56,195 nt of DNA from positions 95,312 through 151,506 of the forward strand of contig NMRA01000713.1 of NCBI GenBank assembly GCA_002633005.1. Direction: 5' to 3'. The translations under genes and the position numbers were made by a program. Every line of letters begins with the position of its first letter. Position 1 is the first letter of the stretch. Positions 1-11,486 of this stretch are shown piece by piece. Under the pieces are notes generated by a model. That model saw nothing but the letters and a program-made list of their open reading frames with translations. It did not search any database and was not told the origin of the DNA. The DNA is from Phoronis australis. Lineage: Eukaryota > Animalia > Phoronida.

Positions 1-509
1 TATTTCTGAACCACATTTATATAGTCTTACTGTATGAATTAAAATGTCAACATCACAGCCGTTATCGCAACACACTTCGTGAAAAACATAAATTTTCTCA
101 TATTCTTGTTATTCCAACTATGTTCTCACTTATATTACCTGAAAATATAGTAATTTAGCTACAACTAACCACTAGTTTTTTCCTACCAGCTTGAATTTGA
201 ATTTCAAGCACTGATGTCACACTTTTGTGCCCCTTAGCGTGACCATGCCCATTTACCGAAGCTTCGTTTTTGTTTGTGAATACTATACCATACCTAGAGA
301 ACCTGGTTTTCTGTTTTAAAAACAAAGAAATCCATTTTAGAAACTATCTGGTAATTGCGTTAAACTTTCCCTGAATTAAACCCAACTACAATTTCTTAAA
401 ATTGGTTCATAAGCTCTGTTCCTCAATAATTGTAGAGTTTCTCAACTGAACTTAAAACACTCTACACTCATTTCCAAAGTCGACAGAACAGCAAAAACAC
501 ATCTTATAC

Positions 510-605
510 CTGAGACAGTCTTGTTTATGATGGTCGTGTTATCAAAGGTGAAGGTCACCTGTATGCCATACTCAGGAGCAGGCAGATAAGTCACATTAAC
601 ACAAC
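510..605 (-). CDS. Internal coding exon of a DUF4773-family cysteine-rich protein; gene continues beyond window start
   Basis: Minus strand ttttacag|GT TGT GTT AAT...GTC TCA G|gtataag. 96 nt, phase 1-1, reads (G)CVNVTYLPAPEYGIQVTFTFDNTTIINKTVS. Splices in frame to exon 2915-3187. The C.N.TY.P...G....TF....I.N.TVS pattern is recognised as DUF4773. Confidence 0.8.
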
Positions 606-2776
606 CTGTAAAATAATTTATATAATTTATTATTATTATTTTTCACACAGTGCAATAAATCACAAATCGAAGTTCAAAAAATGAAACTAAAATTAATCTG
701 TGAGCAAAGATTCTAATAATCTAGAAAATTCAGCCTACAAAAAGCCATGTTAGAGCTACTCTGAAGCCCTATAATGAAATACAAAGACAGAAGTTGAGAT
801 GATATCTGTCTACACACCCCCAATATCTTGCGTACAATTTTGTATTTGACTGTCATATACAAGTTTGTATTTCGCATACAATTAACTGGAGTGTGTGACA
901 GTAGTTTCCACACGATTTTCTGAGTTAAAAGGTCGCATGCCAAGTTGTACAGGGCAAATGGAGTGAGCAGACATTGGTGCAAGTGGTATACAAAGACTTA
1001 GGAGTGAGGAGGTCCAGCCTTTACTCTTATCTGGATCATACCACGTTCACACCAGCTGGTCCTCGGTGTTACACAGACAAAATGTTCACACAATACAGAA
1101 TTGTATGGACACAGGAAGTGAGCATAAAATAAGTTTTAAATTTATTAAGCATGCATTTTACAGTACTCGTTTGGAAAGCACGTGACATTTGACTTTTATT
1201 CTTTAAATATAAGACCAAATTAAGAGATATAAGAAAGTGATTTTAACATCAGCATGTACCTCCACGGAAGTGCTTTTGAAAAATATGAGTGAAAGCCAGC
1301 AATCCCCCCCAAACACACAGATTTTTTACCAAAAAATGCGTAGACCAAGGTTTTTACAATGCTATCAACCAAGTGTGAGCATAGCNNNNNNNNNNNNNNN
1401 NNNNNNNNNNNNNNNNNNNNNNNNNNNNNNNNNNNNNNNNNNNNNNNNNNNNNNNNNNNNNNNNNNNNNNNNNNNNNNNNNNNNNNNNNNNNNNNNNNNN
1501 NNNNNNNNNNNNNNNNNNNNNNNNNNNNNNNNNNNNNNNNNNNNNNNNNNNNNNNNNNNNNNNNNNNNNNNNNNNNNNNNNNNNNNNNNNNNNNNNNNNN
1601 NNNNNNNNNNNNNNNNNNNNNNNNNNNNNNNNNNNNNNNNNNNNNNNNNNNNNNNNNNNNNNNNNNNNNNNNNNNNNNNNNNNNNNNNNNNNNNNNNNNN
1701 NNNNNNNNNNNNNNNNNNNNNNNNNNNNNNNNNNNNNNNNNNNNNNNNNNNNNNNNNNNNNNNNNNNNNNNNNNNNNNNNNNNNNNNNNNNNNNNNNNNN
1801 NNNNNNNNNNNNNNNNNNNNNNNNNNNNNNNNNNNNNNNNNNNNNNNNNNNNNNNNNNNNNNNNNNNNNNNNNNNNNNNNNNNNNNNNNNNNNNNNNNNN
1901 NNNNNNNNNNNNNNNNNNNNNNNNNNNNNNNNNNNNNNNNNNNNNNNNNNNNNNNNNNNNNNNNNNNNNNNNNNNNNNNNNNNNNNNNNNNNNNNNNNNN
2001 NNNNNNNNNNNNNNNNNNNNNNNNNNNNNNNNNNNNNNNNNNNNNNNNNNNNNNNNNNNNNNNNNNNNNNNNNNNNNNNNNNNNNNNNNNNNNNNNNNNN
2101 NNNNNNNNNNNNNNNNNNNNNNNNNNNNNNNNNNNNNNNNNNNNNNNNNNNNNNNNNNNNNNNNNNNNNNNNNNNNNNNNNNNNNNNNNNNNNNNNNNNN
2201 NNNNNNNNNNNNNNNNNNNNNNNNNNNNNNNNNNNNNNNNNNNNNNNNNNNNNNNNNATGCACAGGAAATGGAAGATCTAGCTTGAACTTAATGTATGTA
2301 GTATTTTGTTGAAACCCTGGTTGAAACAACCAGCACAACAAAATATGTGAAAATACAAGACAAAGCTTCCTGAATGTTCAAAAAGGCATATTCTTACGAC
2401 GTCTTGTAGTAAAAAATTTCGCTGCAAGGCATCCTGGTAATTTTGAGATAGATAGATTTCCCACAGGTTTTAATTCTGAATGAATTCTAATTCACCGTGA
2501 GTCACAGCATAGTTTTCTCCACAACTTGATTCGACTCGTCACTGTAACCAATAAGACAAGTTTGACTCACCTAGTCAAGTTTGTTAAACAATGCAAAGAA
2601 TTTGAAGTCACAAGAGATTAGTCATTTCTTTTGAAAATTTGAACAATTTGGAACTTGGCCTCCAGTTCAGTCCGCAGCCCATTATACAAACTTCTCGAAG
2701 TACGGATGTGTACTCTTAAACATATTTCTTTTGAAATATAAGATTTCTGTTGTGGAAAACAGTTTATGGAAAAACG

Positions 2777-2777
<1 letters not shown>

Positions 2778-2839
<62 letters not shown>

Positions 2840-2845
2840 GCAACA
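2778..2845 (+). repeat. (CAA)n microsatellite, about 20 units, intronic
   Basis: Direct read of the caacaacaa run; it produces the spurious polyQ/polyC/polyL ORFs. Confidence 0.97.
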
Positions 2846-2914
2846 TGACTGTGATATGAGCAGACCACAAATATGCACTAAAAGACACACAGCTCATTGT
2901 TCTTATTTACTAAC

Positions 2915-3187
2915 CAGTGTGGTCATACTCGAACACTTCAAAGTCCAACTTGGCGCAACATCCGCATGTATTGTTACGGCATGCACAGCCTGCGCTTGGG
3001 TTTACTTCACCAGTTGAAAACAGGCTCTCAGCGTCTCTGTTGACATGCTTTGACAATTTGATATGGCTATCAGCAAACATGGGGTCAAAAAATTCATGTC
3101 GGCTTCCCGCACCAGAGTTGTAAATTAGATGATCATTCCGCAACTTATGTAAGAGATGTCCCAGATAGTCCTTTGGAGAACTTCTCC
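2915..3187 (-). CDS. Internal coding exon of the DUF4773-family protein (N-terminal part of the domain)
   Basis: ttttgtgcag|GG AGA AGT...CAC ACT G|gttagt. 273 nt, phase 1-1, open frame RSSPKDYLGHLLHKLRNDHL...GCACRNNTCGCCAKLDFEVFEYDHT. The CxCxxxxCGCC motif followed by GCVNVTY in the next exon is typical of DUF4773. Confidence 0.8.
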
Positions 3188-3288
3188 CTGCACAAAAGAT
3201 GTTCAGTCATACAGTCAGCAACCTGGCTAAACCATGGGAGCATATCGTGATCTTTTTCTATGTATCTATGACACGCAGGTATAGTGTT

Positions 3289-3510
3289 ATGTGGCCAGCC
3301 ATTCACACAAAAAAAACAAATTGTATGTTCAATTCCATTTCATGATTCAATGCCAATTGTATGACAATTCAATCCTACTTTGTTAATTGAATTGATGTAA
3401 TAGTATTGAATGCTTTAGATAGGATTGAATTGTCATACAACTGGCCCAAAGTTTATTAAATGGAACTGAATATACAATTTGAGTGTTCTTTTGACAAATG
3501 GCCGTCCATA
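3289..3510. mobile_element. Degenerate palindromic MITE, about 220 bp
   Basis: Arms are reverse-complementary, e.g. ttgtatgacaattcaatccta vs taggattgaattgtcatacaa, and caaattgtatgttcaattccattt vs aaatggaactgaatatacaatttg. Confidence 0.65.
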
Positions 3511-3610
3511 GTGTAACTATGTAAGCAAATCAATGGACATTCAACACCTTGTTTTCCATCATGGCTGAAACAGAATGGATGTCACACAAGGTTCTCAATC
3601 TTATTATGGG

Positions 3611-3650
3611 CATTTTAACATTGCTCGCGCCAGCGAGCAATGTTAAAATG
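3611..3650. repeat. Perfect 18-bp inverted repeat with 4-nt loop
   Basis: CATTTTAACATTGCTCGC-gcca-GCGAGCAATGTTAAAATG. Confidence 0.95.
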
Positions 3651-3910
3651 GTCAGTTGCTGATTTGGGCAACTGAACGAAGAACTGATTGAAAAAGGTTG
3701 ATTATAGGAGAAGAGTTAAAAACATCAACGGCCTGAAGTCCTAAGGTATCCCTCTATACGCTAAAGGTAAATATTAATGTGACTTTGATAGCTTAACCAC
3801 TACAAGACATAATCCGTTGAAAAAGCTGCTGGGATATGGATGGCCTATGGGATGCCCACGATCCCTGCTGGGGCCAGTTGAGATGGTGGGGTGATGAGTG
3901 ACATCAACAA

Positions 3911-4523
3911 TTTTGCAGCATTTCGAATAGACAGTGATGGTGGAACTTCATACGCTGGAAGCCTTTCGGCGAATTATGCCTCGCAATGACTAAAAAATGT
4001 CATGTTGTTATCAACCCCTTTTGCGCAAAGAGGGACACCTTAGGAGGCCGACGATGTATTTAATTCCTCCCAACTCAAACAAATACACCCGTTATCAAAC
4101 ATTTTCTTCGAGCAGTCACTCATTCAGTTCCCAAAATCGGTAACTCGCTATTTTCACACTGTACACGCCAGAGGATATGACATCATACCACTTGCCACAC
4201 GCAGTGTCAAAAATGGCAAGTTACCGATTTTGGGAACTGAATGAGGGATTGCCTGAACTAGTTACGTTTGATAACGGGAGTATATGTTAGAGTTGGAAGG
4301 ATTTAAATACATCGATTGCCTCCTAAGGTGTCCCTCTATGCGTAATTGTATTTATAACAACGTCCCTTTGATGTTTTAGTCAGTGTGAGGCATAATGCAC
4401 CGAAAAGCTTCCGGCGCATGAAGCGCCAATAGCAATACTCCGATATGGCATAGGAGCTCCACTGTCTGGCGGTGTCAGTAGACAGTGTCTGTGATAACTG
4501 TCTACATTTCGAAATGCTGCAAA
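3911..4523. mobile_element. Foldback element with long imperfect inverted arms (core arms 3946-4162 and 4201-4423)
   Basis: cattcagttcccaaaatcggtaact vs agttaccgattttgggaactgaatg; agagggacaccttaggaggc vs gcctcctaaggtgtccctct; outer match 3911-3935 vs 4497-4523. A third, more diverged arm copy lies at 3661-3760. Confidence 0.8.
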
Positions 4524-4721
4524 ATGAAATACCCTTTCGTCATTTAAAATAAATCACGTACAAGCTTTGTGAATTTTTTACCACGGCAAAACATTTACCT
4601 TGTTTAGTATCTACGAAACACAAGAGAAAACATAGGACAAGGAAGTTTGAATTCATCGCGGAAGTTAATCAGAATTTCCTTAGTTATGAAATTCTACCTC
4701 CAAAACACGAGAACAGTTCTG
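4431..4721 (+). repeat. About 290-bp direct repeat, copy 1 (copy 2 at 5857-6147)
   Basis: agcaatactccgatat...aaacacgagaacagttctg occurs twice, roughly 95% identical by eye. Confidence 0.92.
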
Positions 4722-5218
4722 GTGACTCGCTGGTTCCCTGCGTGCCGCTAGGTGGGGCGGTAGCCGCGCCAGCACGCAGGTATCACTTAAATTTCCTCTG
4801 TAAATTTTTTTACACCGGCGTTTCTGATTGGCTAGTCGATTCGTCAACAGGCAGCGCTTTGCGCAAACAAACTGGCATGGCTGATGGACTGAAGTGTAAA
4901 TGTGGTCTGTTGTACAGACAAATNCCCCCCCCCCAATAACTCAAAATCCTGCATTCGCCCCTGCTAAGTTGACAAATTATTCTTACAACAAAAAGGTGTT
5001 ACAAGTTATTTGGAAGGAACGATGAAGTCTACTAACAGTTCATATAAGAATATATGCCAAATATAGACTATAGAAACACCGTATTTGGCAGATCTGGTTA
5101 CTTATAAAAATATGGCGAATATTCAGATTTCAAGTGATAAACCATTGCTAACAGACCTGGCTTTAGTCAACGATAAGTTTTCTTGGATATAACTTAAATA
5201 TATCAAACGTTTTCCTAC

Positions 5219-5857
5219 CTTCCCTGGGAACAGCCAGCGCGTCAGTGACATTCATTTCTGGAAGATTCAGCACACGGATGTTCTTCTTGCCGATGGACCA
5301 CTTTAACTTGGGATCACTGACAACGCTGGCTATCTTGTCCTTAGAGTCGGTCTTCAGCACCTCCAGGATTTTTGCGTATTTTTCGTCAGAGACGAGTCGG
5401 CTGTTCTTTGCCTTCGCAGCTTCGGCAAGGTACTCATCCATGTGCTCACGATGCATGCTCATTTTGCCTAACCTACTTGATGAGATAAAAGAACGAAAAT
5501 AGAAATCAAATATAGCCCTACGCAGATAAAAGTTAGACAAAAAACTGCAGAAATCAAGGGGACTGATAAGCTGGTAAACACGTCGAAAAAATCAACACCA
5601 GTATCTAGTAACACTAAAAATCGGAATAAAAATGTGCAAAAACGTTAGAAGATAATTCCTTATTGAACGCCAAGAACTTCTAAAAATTAAAATCTTCTAT
5701 CTCAAAAATTAAACACAAGAAATCCTTAACACGTCTGCACACCACGAGCAAAGAAACGACAGTGACCGCTTATTCCAATACGGGCCAGGAACTACTGCCC
5801 GTATTGGAATGATGACGTCATTCCAATACGGGCCAGATTCCAATACGGGCCGGAGCA
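5219..5857 (-). mobile_element. 5' end of a probable Ginger2/TDD-like DNA transposon: repeat-rich terminus plus first transposase exon (5462-5219, KRBA2/NOL4-like N-terminus)
   Basis: Terminus TGCTCCGGCCCGTATTGGAAT with four copies of ATTCCAATACGGGC (5773-5850, one inverted). Exon MSMHREHMDEYL...LVSDEKYAKILEVLK...DPKLKWSIGKKNIRVLNLPEMNVTDALAVPRE ends at donor G|gtagga. It resembles, from memory, the KY..I...L....D.KFKFWV N-terminus of NOL4/KRBA2-like integrase proteins. Confidence 0.55.
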
Positions 5858-6147
5858 GCAATACTCCGATATAGCATAGGAGCTCCACAGTCAAGCGGTG
5901 TCAGTAGACAGTGTCCGTGGTCACTGTCTACATTTCGAAATGCTGCAAAATGAAATACCCTTTCGTCATTTAAAATAGATCACGTACAAGCTTTAGGAAT
6001 TTTTTACCACGGCAAAACATTTACCTTGCTTAGTATCTACGAAACACATGAGAAAACACAGGACAAGAAAGTTTGAATTCATCGCGGAAGTTAATCAGAA
6101 TTTCCTTAGTTATAAAATTCTACCTCCAAAACACGAGAACAGTTCTG
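5857..6147 (+). repeat. About 290-bp direct repeat, copy 2
   Basis: Matches 4431-4721. Confidence 0.92.
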
Positions 6148-7565
6148 TTGATAGTTTGCTTTGGGAGTGCCGTCTATTGGTGGAGTCGTGAATTAAGTCG
6201 AGTAGTCAGTCAAGAAGTTAGAGTGGTCAATTTTTTATTTTAATTTTTTACATTTAACTTGAGACCCCTATTTCAGCTTATTTTGGCATATTCACGGTGC
6301 GAATTTGGCTATAAAAAATGTGCCCCAAACGCTTCAACTTCGGATTATACAGGGTCTCTATTCTATAAGCAAGGAATTCGGGGTATTTTCCTTGCTTACA
6401 CATTCTTTGGGTTATTTGACAAAGCAGAGATGACGACGGAGCTACTGATGAGTTGTAAGTTTGTAGATTTGTATTTATATTTAGAGCATAATAAACTCAG
6501 TATATTTGTCTACTTCTCCCTTGTCAATTTCACTCTCTGTAAGTTGTCAGCATGGTTCTCTCGAACGAGTGAAAAAGTACACAAAGAGGTTTCAATTAAT
6601 TTTATCTGCTACCAACAGTCGACTTTTGGATGCTAAGTAGACCCAGGCGCTGGCCGCTCCACGCACAACATGTTGTATGCTCCTCCTGCCACAATTTCAA
6701 TAGATGTCGCTTACCGTCGAACACAGCTAGACAAGGCCCTTCATCTATCAAGAGTTTAACAGGGAATCGTGAGACACTGCCACAACTTCGTAATCCAACA
6801 CTAGCGTGAACTATCGTACTGCAATCTAGTCACAGTTATCTCCCCAAATAATTTACTCATGCAGAGTATTTTCAGACAGAAAAGCAAAATTGAAATTTGC
6901 TTGTAATTTGGAGCATCTCATCACAGAGCGATGTCAATTATGAGTTTTGATAACTGGATTTAAATTTCGGCTGCTTCTCTTATCCGTAAATTTATCCGAT
7001 TCTCGAGGAATTATCCAGCGCCGTGCTGTGTTTCCCAGGCAACCATCACAGTGATTAGGCCTACTCACTCGCCAGCAGCGACCTGTTGTTAAACGGATAC
7101 TCTTCTCGCCCGAAGATCCGTTTCGTCTGTCCAAATAAGTATAAACATTTCGTACTGAGCTATCAGTCTAGTTAGTGTTTGTCTTATTTTGTTATTGATT
7201 TTTGGAACGAATTTGCAAAAGTGTGCGGGGGTCTCCGTGGAAACGTCATTTATGGTGGCAGAAAAGACTGCACGTGCAAGCAGACGGCAAAATCAGTCAG
7301 GGGTAGAGTTTGGATTTTGCAACTGCACGCCTTGGAGCATTGCCAAAAGTACTCACGATATCAAGAGTTCTACGAAAGGAGGACACCGAACGTCGTTTCA
7401 GTGTCAAACGATTTTGTTTCACTGTGGTGTGACAGTAAAACGAAACAACAACAACAGTGCAGGTGGTCTGATGTCATTTGCGGTGCATCAGAGGTGCGCA
7501 GGCCTCATGGTTGGGCCCATTGCACAAAACACCTGAGCAAAGGCACGAGACCCCAATTATGGCTC

Positions 7566-8431
7566 CTAGTGAAGAAAGTTTTCAAGTCTGCCAGTCTCAT
7601 TTAGGAAAACGGACAGACGTTTCCATTTGTTGCCATGCACTATATGTTGTAGGCATGTAACAGTGCTATCCAGTAGGTTGCTCCTTAGCCTATAAAAAGC
7701 TGGGCAAGACTCTACCAGGTGTTTAGGAGATTCTACGTCAGTACCACACTCAGGACACACAGGGCTCCCCATATGCCCAGTAATGTGTCTGTATCGGGCT
7801 AGGTTGCAGTGGCCCGTCAAAATTTGAATGACGTGTCTTATACCCAATCTATCTAGACTCAGAAGGCTTTTTGAACCTTTTGGTTCGATCACGTTGAGAA
7901 AATTCTCCTTGGTCTCTCTACAGGAGTTAAGTGATGCCCACTGGGCTGCTGACTGCTGACACAGTTGCGTATACTCATCCTGCAACATCCGTAAGATACC
8001 GGGATAGCAGGTTCAGGCACAAAATGCAGAACACTTGCTCTTATCTTTGCGAGTCTGTCTGCATTCTCATTGCCACCAATTCCCACACGGGCCCTGACCC
8101 AGCGTATATTGACGTTTTTTTCAATTGCAAGCTTGTTAAGCTCATTAATACAAGCATTAACACAACCAGAGTTGACCCTTAGTTTCTTTAGGGCTCTTAT
8201 TGCTGCCTGGCTATCTGAAAAGATGGTAATTGACCGATTGCCAAGTTCAATGTTATATTGTTGTGCCAGTTGAGCAGCTCTATGAATTGCAGTGATCTCA
8301 GCCTGAAACACCGTGGCAAGATTGCCTAACGATACCCAGTTTTCTGCATCTGCAACAGGAAGGCTTGGAAAGTAGACCCCAGCACCTGTCTGGCCATTTT
8401 CCAGTTTAGAGCCGTCCGTATAACAAACCAC
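7566..8431 (-). pseudogene. LINE RNase H plus C-terminal zinc-finger region, frameshifted
   Basis: ORFs 7889-8431 and 7566-7988 carry RNase H (D-E-D-D) and CxxC..H...C motifs. Confidence 0.9.
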
Positions 8432-9816
8432 CTCATTTTTGTGTTGTGCGGTAGGCCATCCATCGCCAATTTCCGTGAAGAAATTGTTTGTATGATTAAA
8501 GCTGTGACCTGGACATCACTAGGCATGTTCCATAGTTGCTCAGTCTTGGCCATTAGCTTATTGCAAACATTCCTATGGCTTCTGTGTGCAACGGAGTCAG
8601 GGATGTTAGTTTTCACCCACTGACCATTATATCTGAGACGAAGTGCACCACATGCAGCTTCACCCTCAAGGTATATGTTCAGTGGTGGTAGACCGATTAG
8701 AATTTCTAGGGCTGCAGAAGGCGTTCCTGGAAACGCAGAGGTCATGCACAGACAAGCTAGACGTTGCAGCTGCCTAAGTTTGTTGATAATTGTAATCTGT
8801 TTTAATGCCGTTACCCATACCGACGAAGCATAGGACATTATAGGTCGGATAACAGCAGTATAAATCCAGAACATATTCTTGGGGGACATTCCCCAAGTTT
8901 TACCCACAGCACGAGATTTTTTCTGTAATATGCGGGATCCAGGAAAGACGATGGTGTAGTAAATGACACCTAAGTAAGTCGCCTTGTCTACAAGATCAAG
9001 ATGTTTACCATTCAGCGTTAAATGTCGCATTGACCATTTAAGCTTCCAAGTGAACATAATCACCTTTGTTTTGCTACCACTTATTTCTAAGCCAACTGAC
9101 TTAGCCCATGTGGCTGTTGTATTCAGTGCTCTTTGAGCAAGATAGCGACATGTGTCAGGATCGATGCTAGACACACTGAGAACAATATCATCTGCATAGG
9201 CTTGAACATACAAGCTTGGACCCATGTCAGTAGATAATTGTTGAAGCAAACCATCCATAACCATGTTAAAGAGGGTTGGTGAGGCAGCGCCACCCTGAGG
9301 TGTTCCTCTGGTGATGCGAACCACCACACTCACATTGTCTAGACAAGCAGTCACAGATTGACTTCCAAGCATGTTAATGATCCACCTGGTAAGACACCTA
9401 TTCACTTTAAAGTGGTTCAGTGCAATTCGAATCGCATCATGCTTAATATTGCTGAAAGCACCAACAAGATCAATGAAGGCACAGAGGGCAAATTGTTTAT
9501 TAAAAACAGCCCTTTCCAGTCTAGCAACCAGATGATGTAGAGCGGTCTCCGTAGAGAAGCCAGGCCTATAAGCATACTGATTGTTCTGAAGTTTGTTCTG
9601 TATTCCTTGTTTATCAAGANNNNNNNNNNNNNNNNNNNNNNNNNNNNNNNNNNNNNNNNNNNNNNNNNNNNNNNNNNNNNNNNNNNNNAGACTGGCTTTG
9701 TAAGTTCCTGTGAGTATTTGGAATAGTGGTATCCCAGCTTCTTGCAACATTATAGGATATATCATGTCTAGTCCTGGGGACTTCCATGGTTTAAAAGACT
9801 TTAGAGCTAACTCCAC
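8326..9816 (-). pseudogene. LINE reverse transcriptase domain
   Basis: PQGG and YADD motifs; spans a small N gap. Confidence 0.93.
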
Positions 9817-9861
9817 GAGATGTGGTGTGGCTATGTTTTCAACATCAGCATAAGCTAATGG

Positions 9862-10973
9862 TTAACACTCCTCGGAGTCCGTCACTTTTGAATATTGGTT
9901 CGACAGGTTTACACTATCAGGATAGTGCTTACCCATCATGACTTCGAGTGCTTCCTCGACGGAGCGTGTGTATGAGCCATCCTCTTTTTGAATGACCTCG
10001 AGTCTGGAGGAGTGATTCTTCTTAAGCAATTGCATCAGCCTTGCAGATGCAGAGAGGATGTTAGTTTGCTGACAGAAATTCCTCCAGGAATTGCGCTTTG
10101 CTTTGCGTGTGGCAGACTTAAACATACGACAGGCAAGATGATATACATCCCAGCACTCGTCAGTGTCAGTCCGAATTGCCGCTCTGTGAGCTTTACGTGC
10201 CTTACCCCGAAGTGCTGCCAGTTCAGGCAAATTAACCAGAGTAAGGTCTATAACCTCCTGCCGGTTTCTGACAACAAATGTGGACTCATGGCACTTGTTG
10301 CATATTAAAAGTTGTGAGCTGACAATGAACTCTAGAAATGCCTCACCTCTTGGGTTGGTGTCAGTGCTGTGCCACACCCAGAGGCGGATCTACAAGGGGG
10401 TTCAGGGGGTTTAAACCCCCCCTCGGGACAGGATCAAAAATAAAAACTGGAAAAAAATCGCCAGAAAAACGAAATTAGCTACTAAAAATCCCAAAAAATC
10501 TTACACGGGAGGAGGGAAACCCTCTCGCGAACTTCCTTCTCCTCGGCGCTACGCGCCTCGGATTCTTTCGAATCCTAACCCCCCCCTTACTGAAATCGTA
10601 GATCTGCCACTGACACCTTGTGATGTGAATTGGCATCACAACAGATAACCAAAGGGACATTCTTGGCTCTGCAGTGATTGGTGACTTGTTGCAGTTTAGG
10701 TGGGGGTGGGTTCTCGGCGGAGTCCCCTGGCATATAGGCGGAGACCCACCATACTGTGCATATTAGACCATTTGGTCTTAGTGTATCACAGGACACTGCC
10801 ACAGTGTCCCTGTCACAAAACTCAGGGAGGATTCTTGAGGTTATGTCCTTGGATACCAGAATCGCAGCCCTGGGCTTGATGTTGTTACCCAGTGAAGCAA
10901 TGTAAGATTTGGCATTCCTAGGAATGTTCATCATCGCTCTTCCCCGACAGCACGGCTCTTGTACGAAGGCCAT
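9862..10973 (-). pseudogene. LINE AP endonuclease and linker, interrupted by a MITE and internally deleted
   Basis: Removing 10379-10612 and one TSD copy restores DANSHHKV-WHSTDTNPRGE. The SDH motif is missing after IDLTLVN. Confidence 0.88.
10379..10612. mobile_element. 234-bp TIR MITE with 5-bp TSD ACACC (hAT5-like)
   Basis: acacc|CAGAGGCGGATCTAC...GTAGATCTGCCACTG|acacc; excision restores the LINE reading frame. Confidence 0.92.
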
Positions 10974-11321
10974 GAATAGGGTATTGCGCTCAAGCGTCTG
11001 CTGAAACTAATGCAAGATCTCACTTTTCTTGTAGGAAACTTTGCCTTATGCAACACACATCTGAAACGCATCTGACTGACGTCATTGGTTTAGGTAGTGG
11101 TTCGCTTAGTCTCTTTACTACGAATATGAGCTTCAGAGTGTCGCCTAGTACGATTGCTTTACAAAAATGTTGGATTCACTGTTTTCATAGGGACATTTCA
11201 GGATGAAAACGTTTATTCACTGACCTGGTGTGGTGGATCAATTACCGGGATCAAAAATACCTTTTCCGGACGCATACAACCCAAACCTCCCTGTGCATGA
11301 TATCTCGGAACGCATTAACCA

Positions 11322-11486
11322 GCCCCCCGTTCAGTAACACTAAGACCTCGCTAAAAAGCAAGACTTCGCGAGATTACGTAAGATGTTGCCATGTATTTTA
11401 AATGAGATCACGAGACTGGCTAGCTTTTAGCTAGGTCCTAGCGTAGGTCCTAGCGTAGGTCCTAGCGTTACTGAACGCACGCCCGG
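11322..11486. mobile_element. Small palindromic MITE containing 3 x 12-bp tandem TAGGTCCTAGCG
   Basis: cgttcagtaacactaagacc (11328) is inverted to ggtcctagcgttactgaacg (ending 11478). Confidence 0.65.

Larger units (their letters stand above)
7444..10990 (-). mobile_element. Degenerate non-LTR retrotransposon, LOA/Lian-like clade (APE endonuclease, RT, RNase H, C-terminal zinc finger); ORF1 absent
   Basis: EN: AFVQEP, VSAYMP, CDANSHH, IDLTLV. RT: KSPGLDMIYP, QYAYRPGFSTETAL, FIDLVGAF, RGTPQGG, QAYADD. RNase H: YTDGSK, TVFQAEITAI, SDSQAAI, GNENADRLAK. C-terminus: LTGHC..CPECGTDVESPKHLVESC. Frameshifts separate the pieces; (TTG)4 tail at 7444-7455. Confidence 0.93.

Noticed and set aside
1220-2341. 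Long ORFs spanning N runs (also 12547-13146, 19575-20136, 32759-33057)
   Set aside because: They are open only because N codons translate as X.
2618-3017. polyQ, polyC and polyL ORFs
   Set aside because: Translations of an intronic (CAA)n microsatellite.
4431-6147. Direct repeats as LTRs of a TRIM or LTR element
   Set aside because: No TG..CA ends, PBS or PPT; the repeat is part of a foldback arm and the interior looks like unrelated DNA-transposon pieces.
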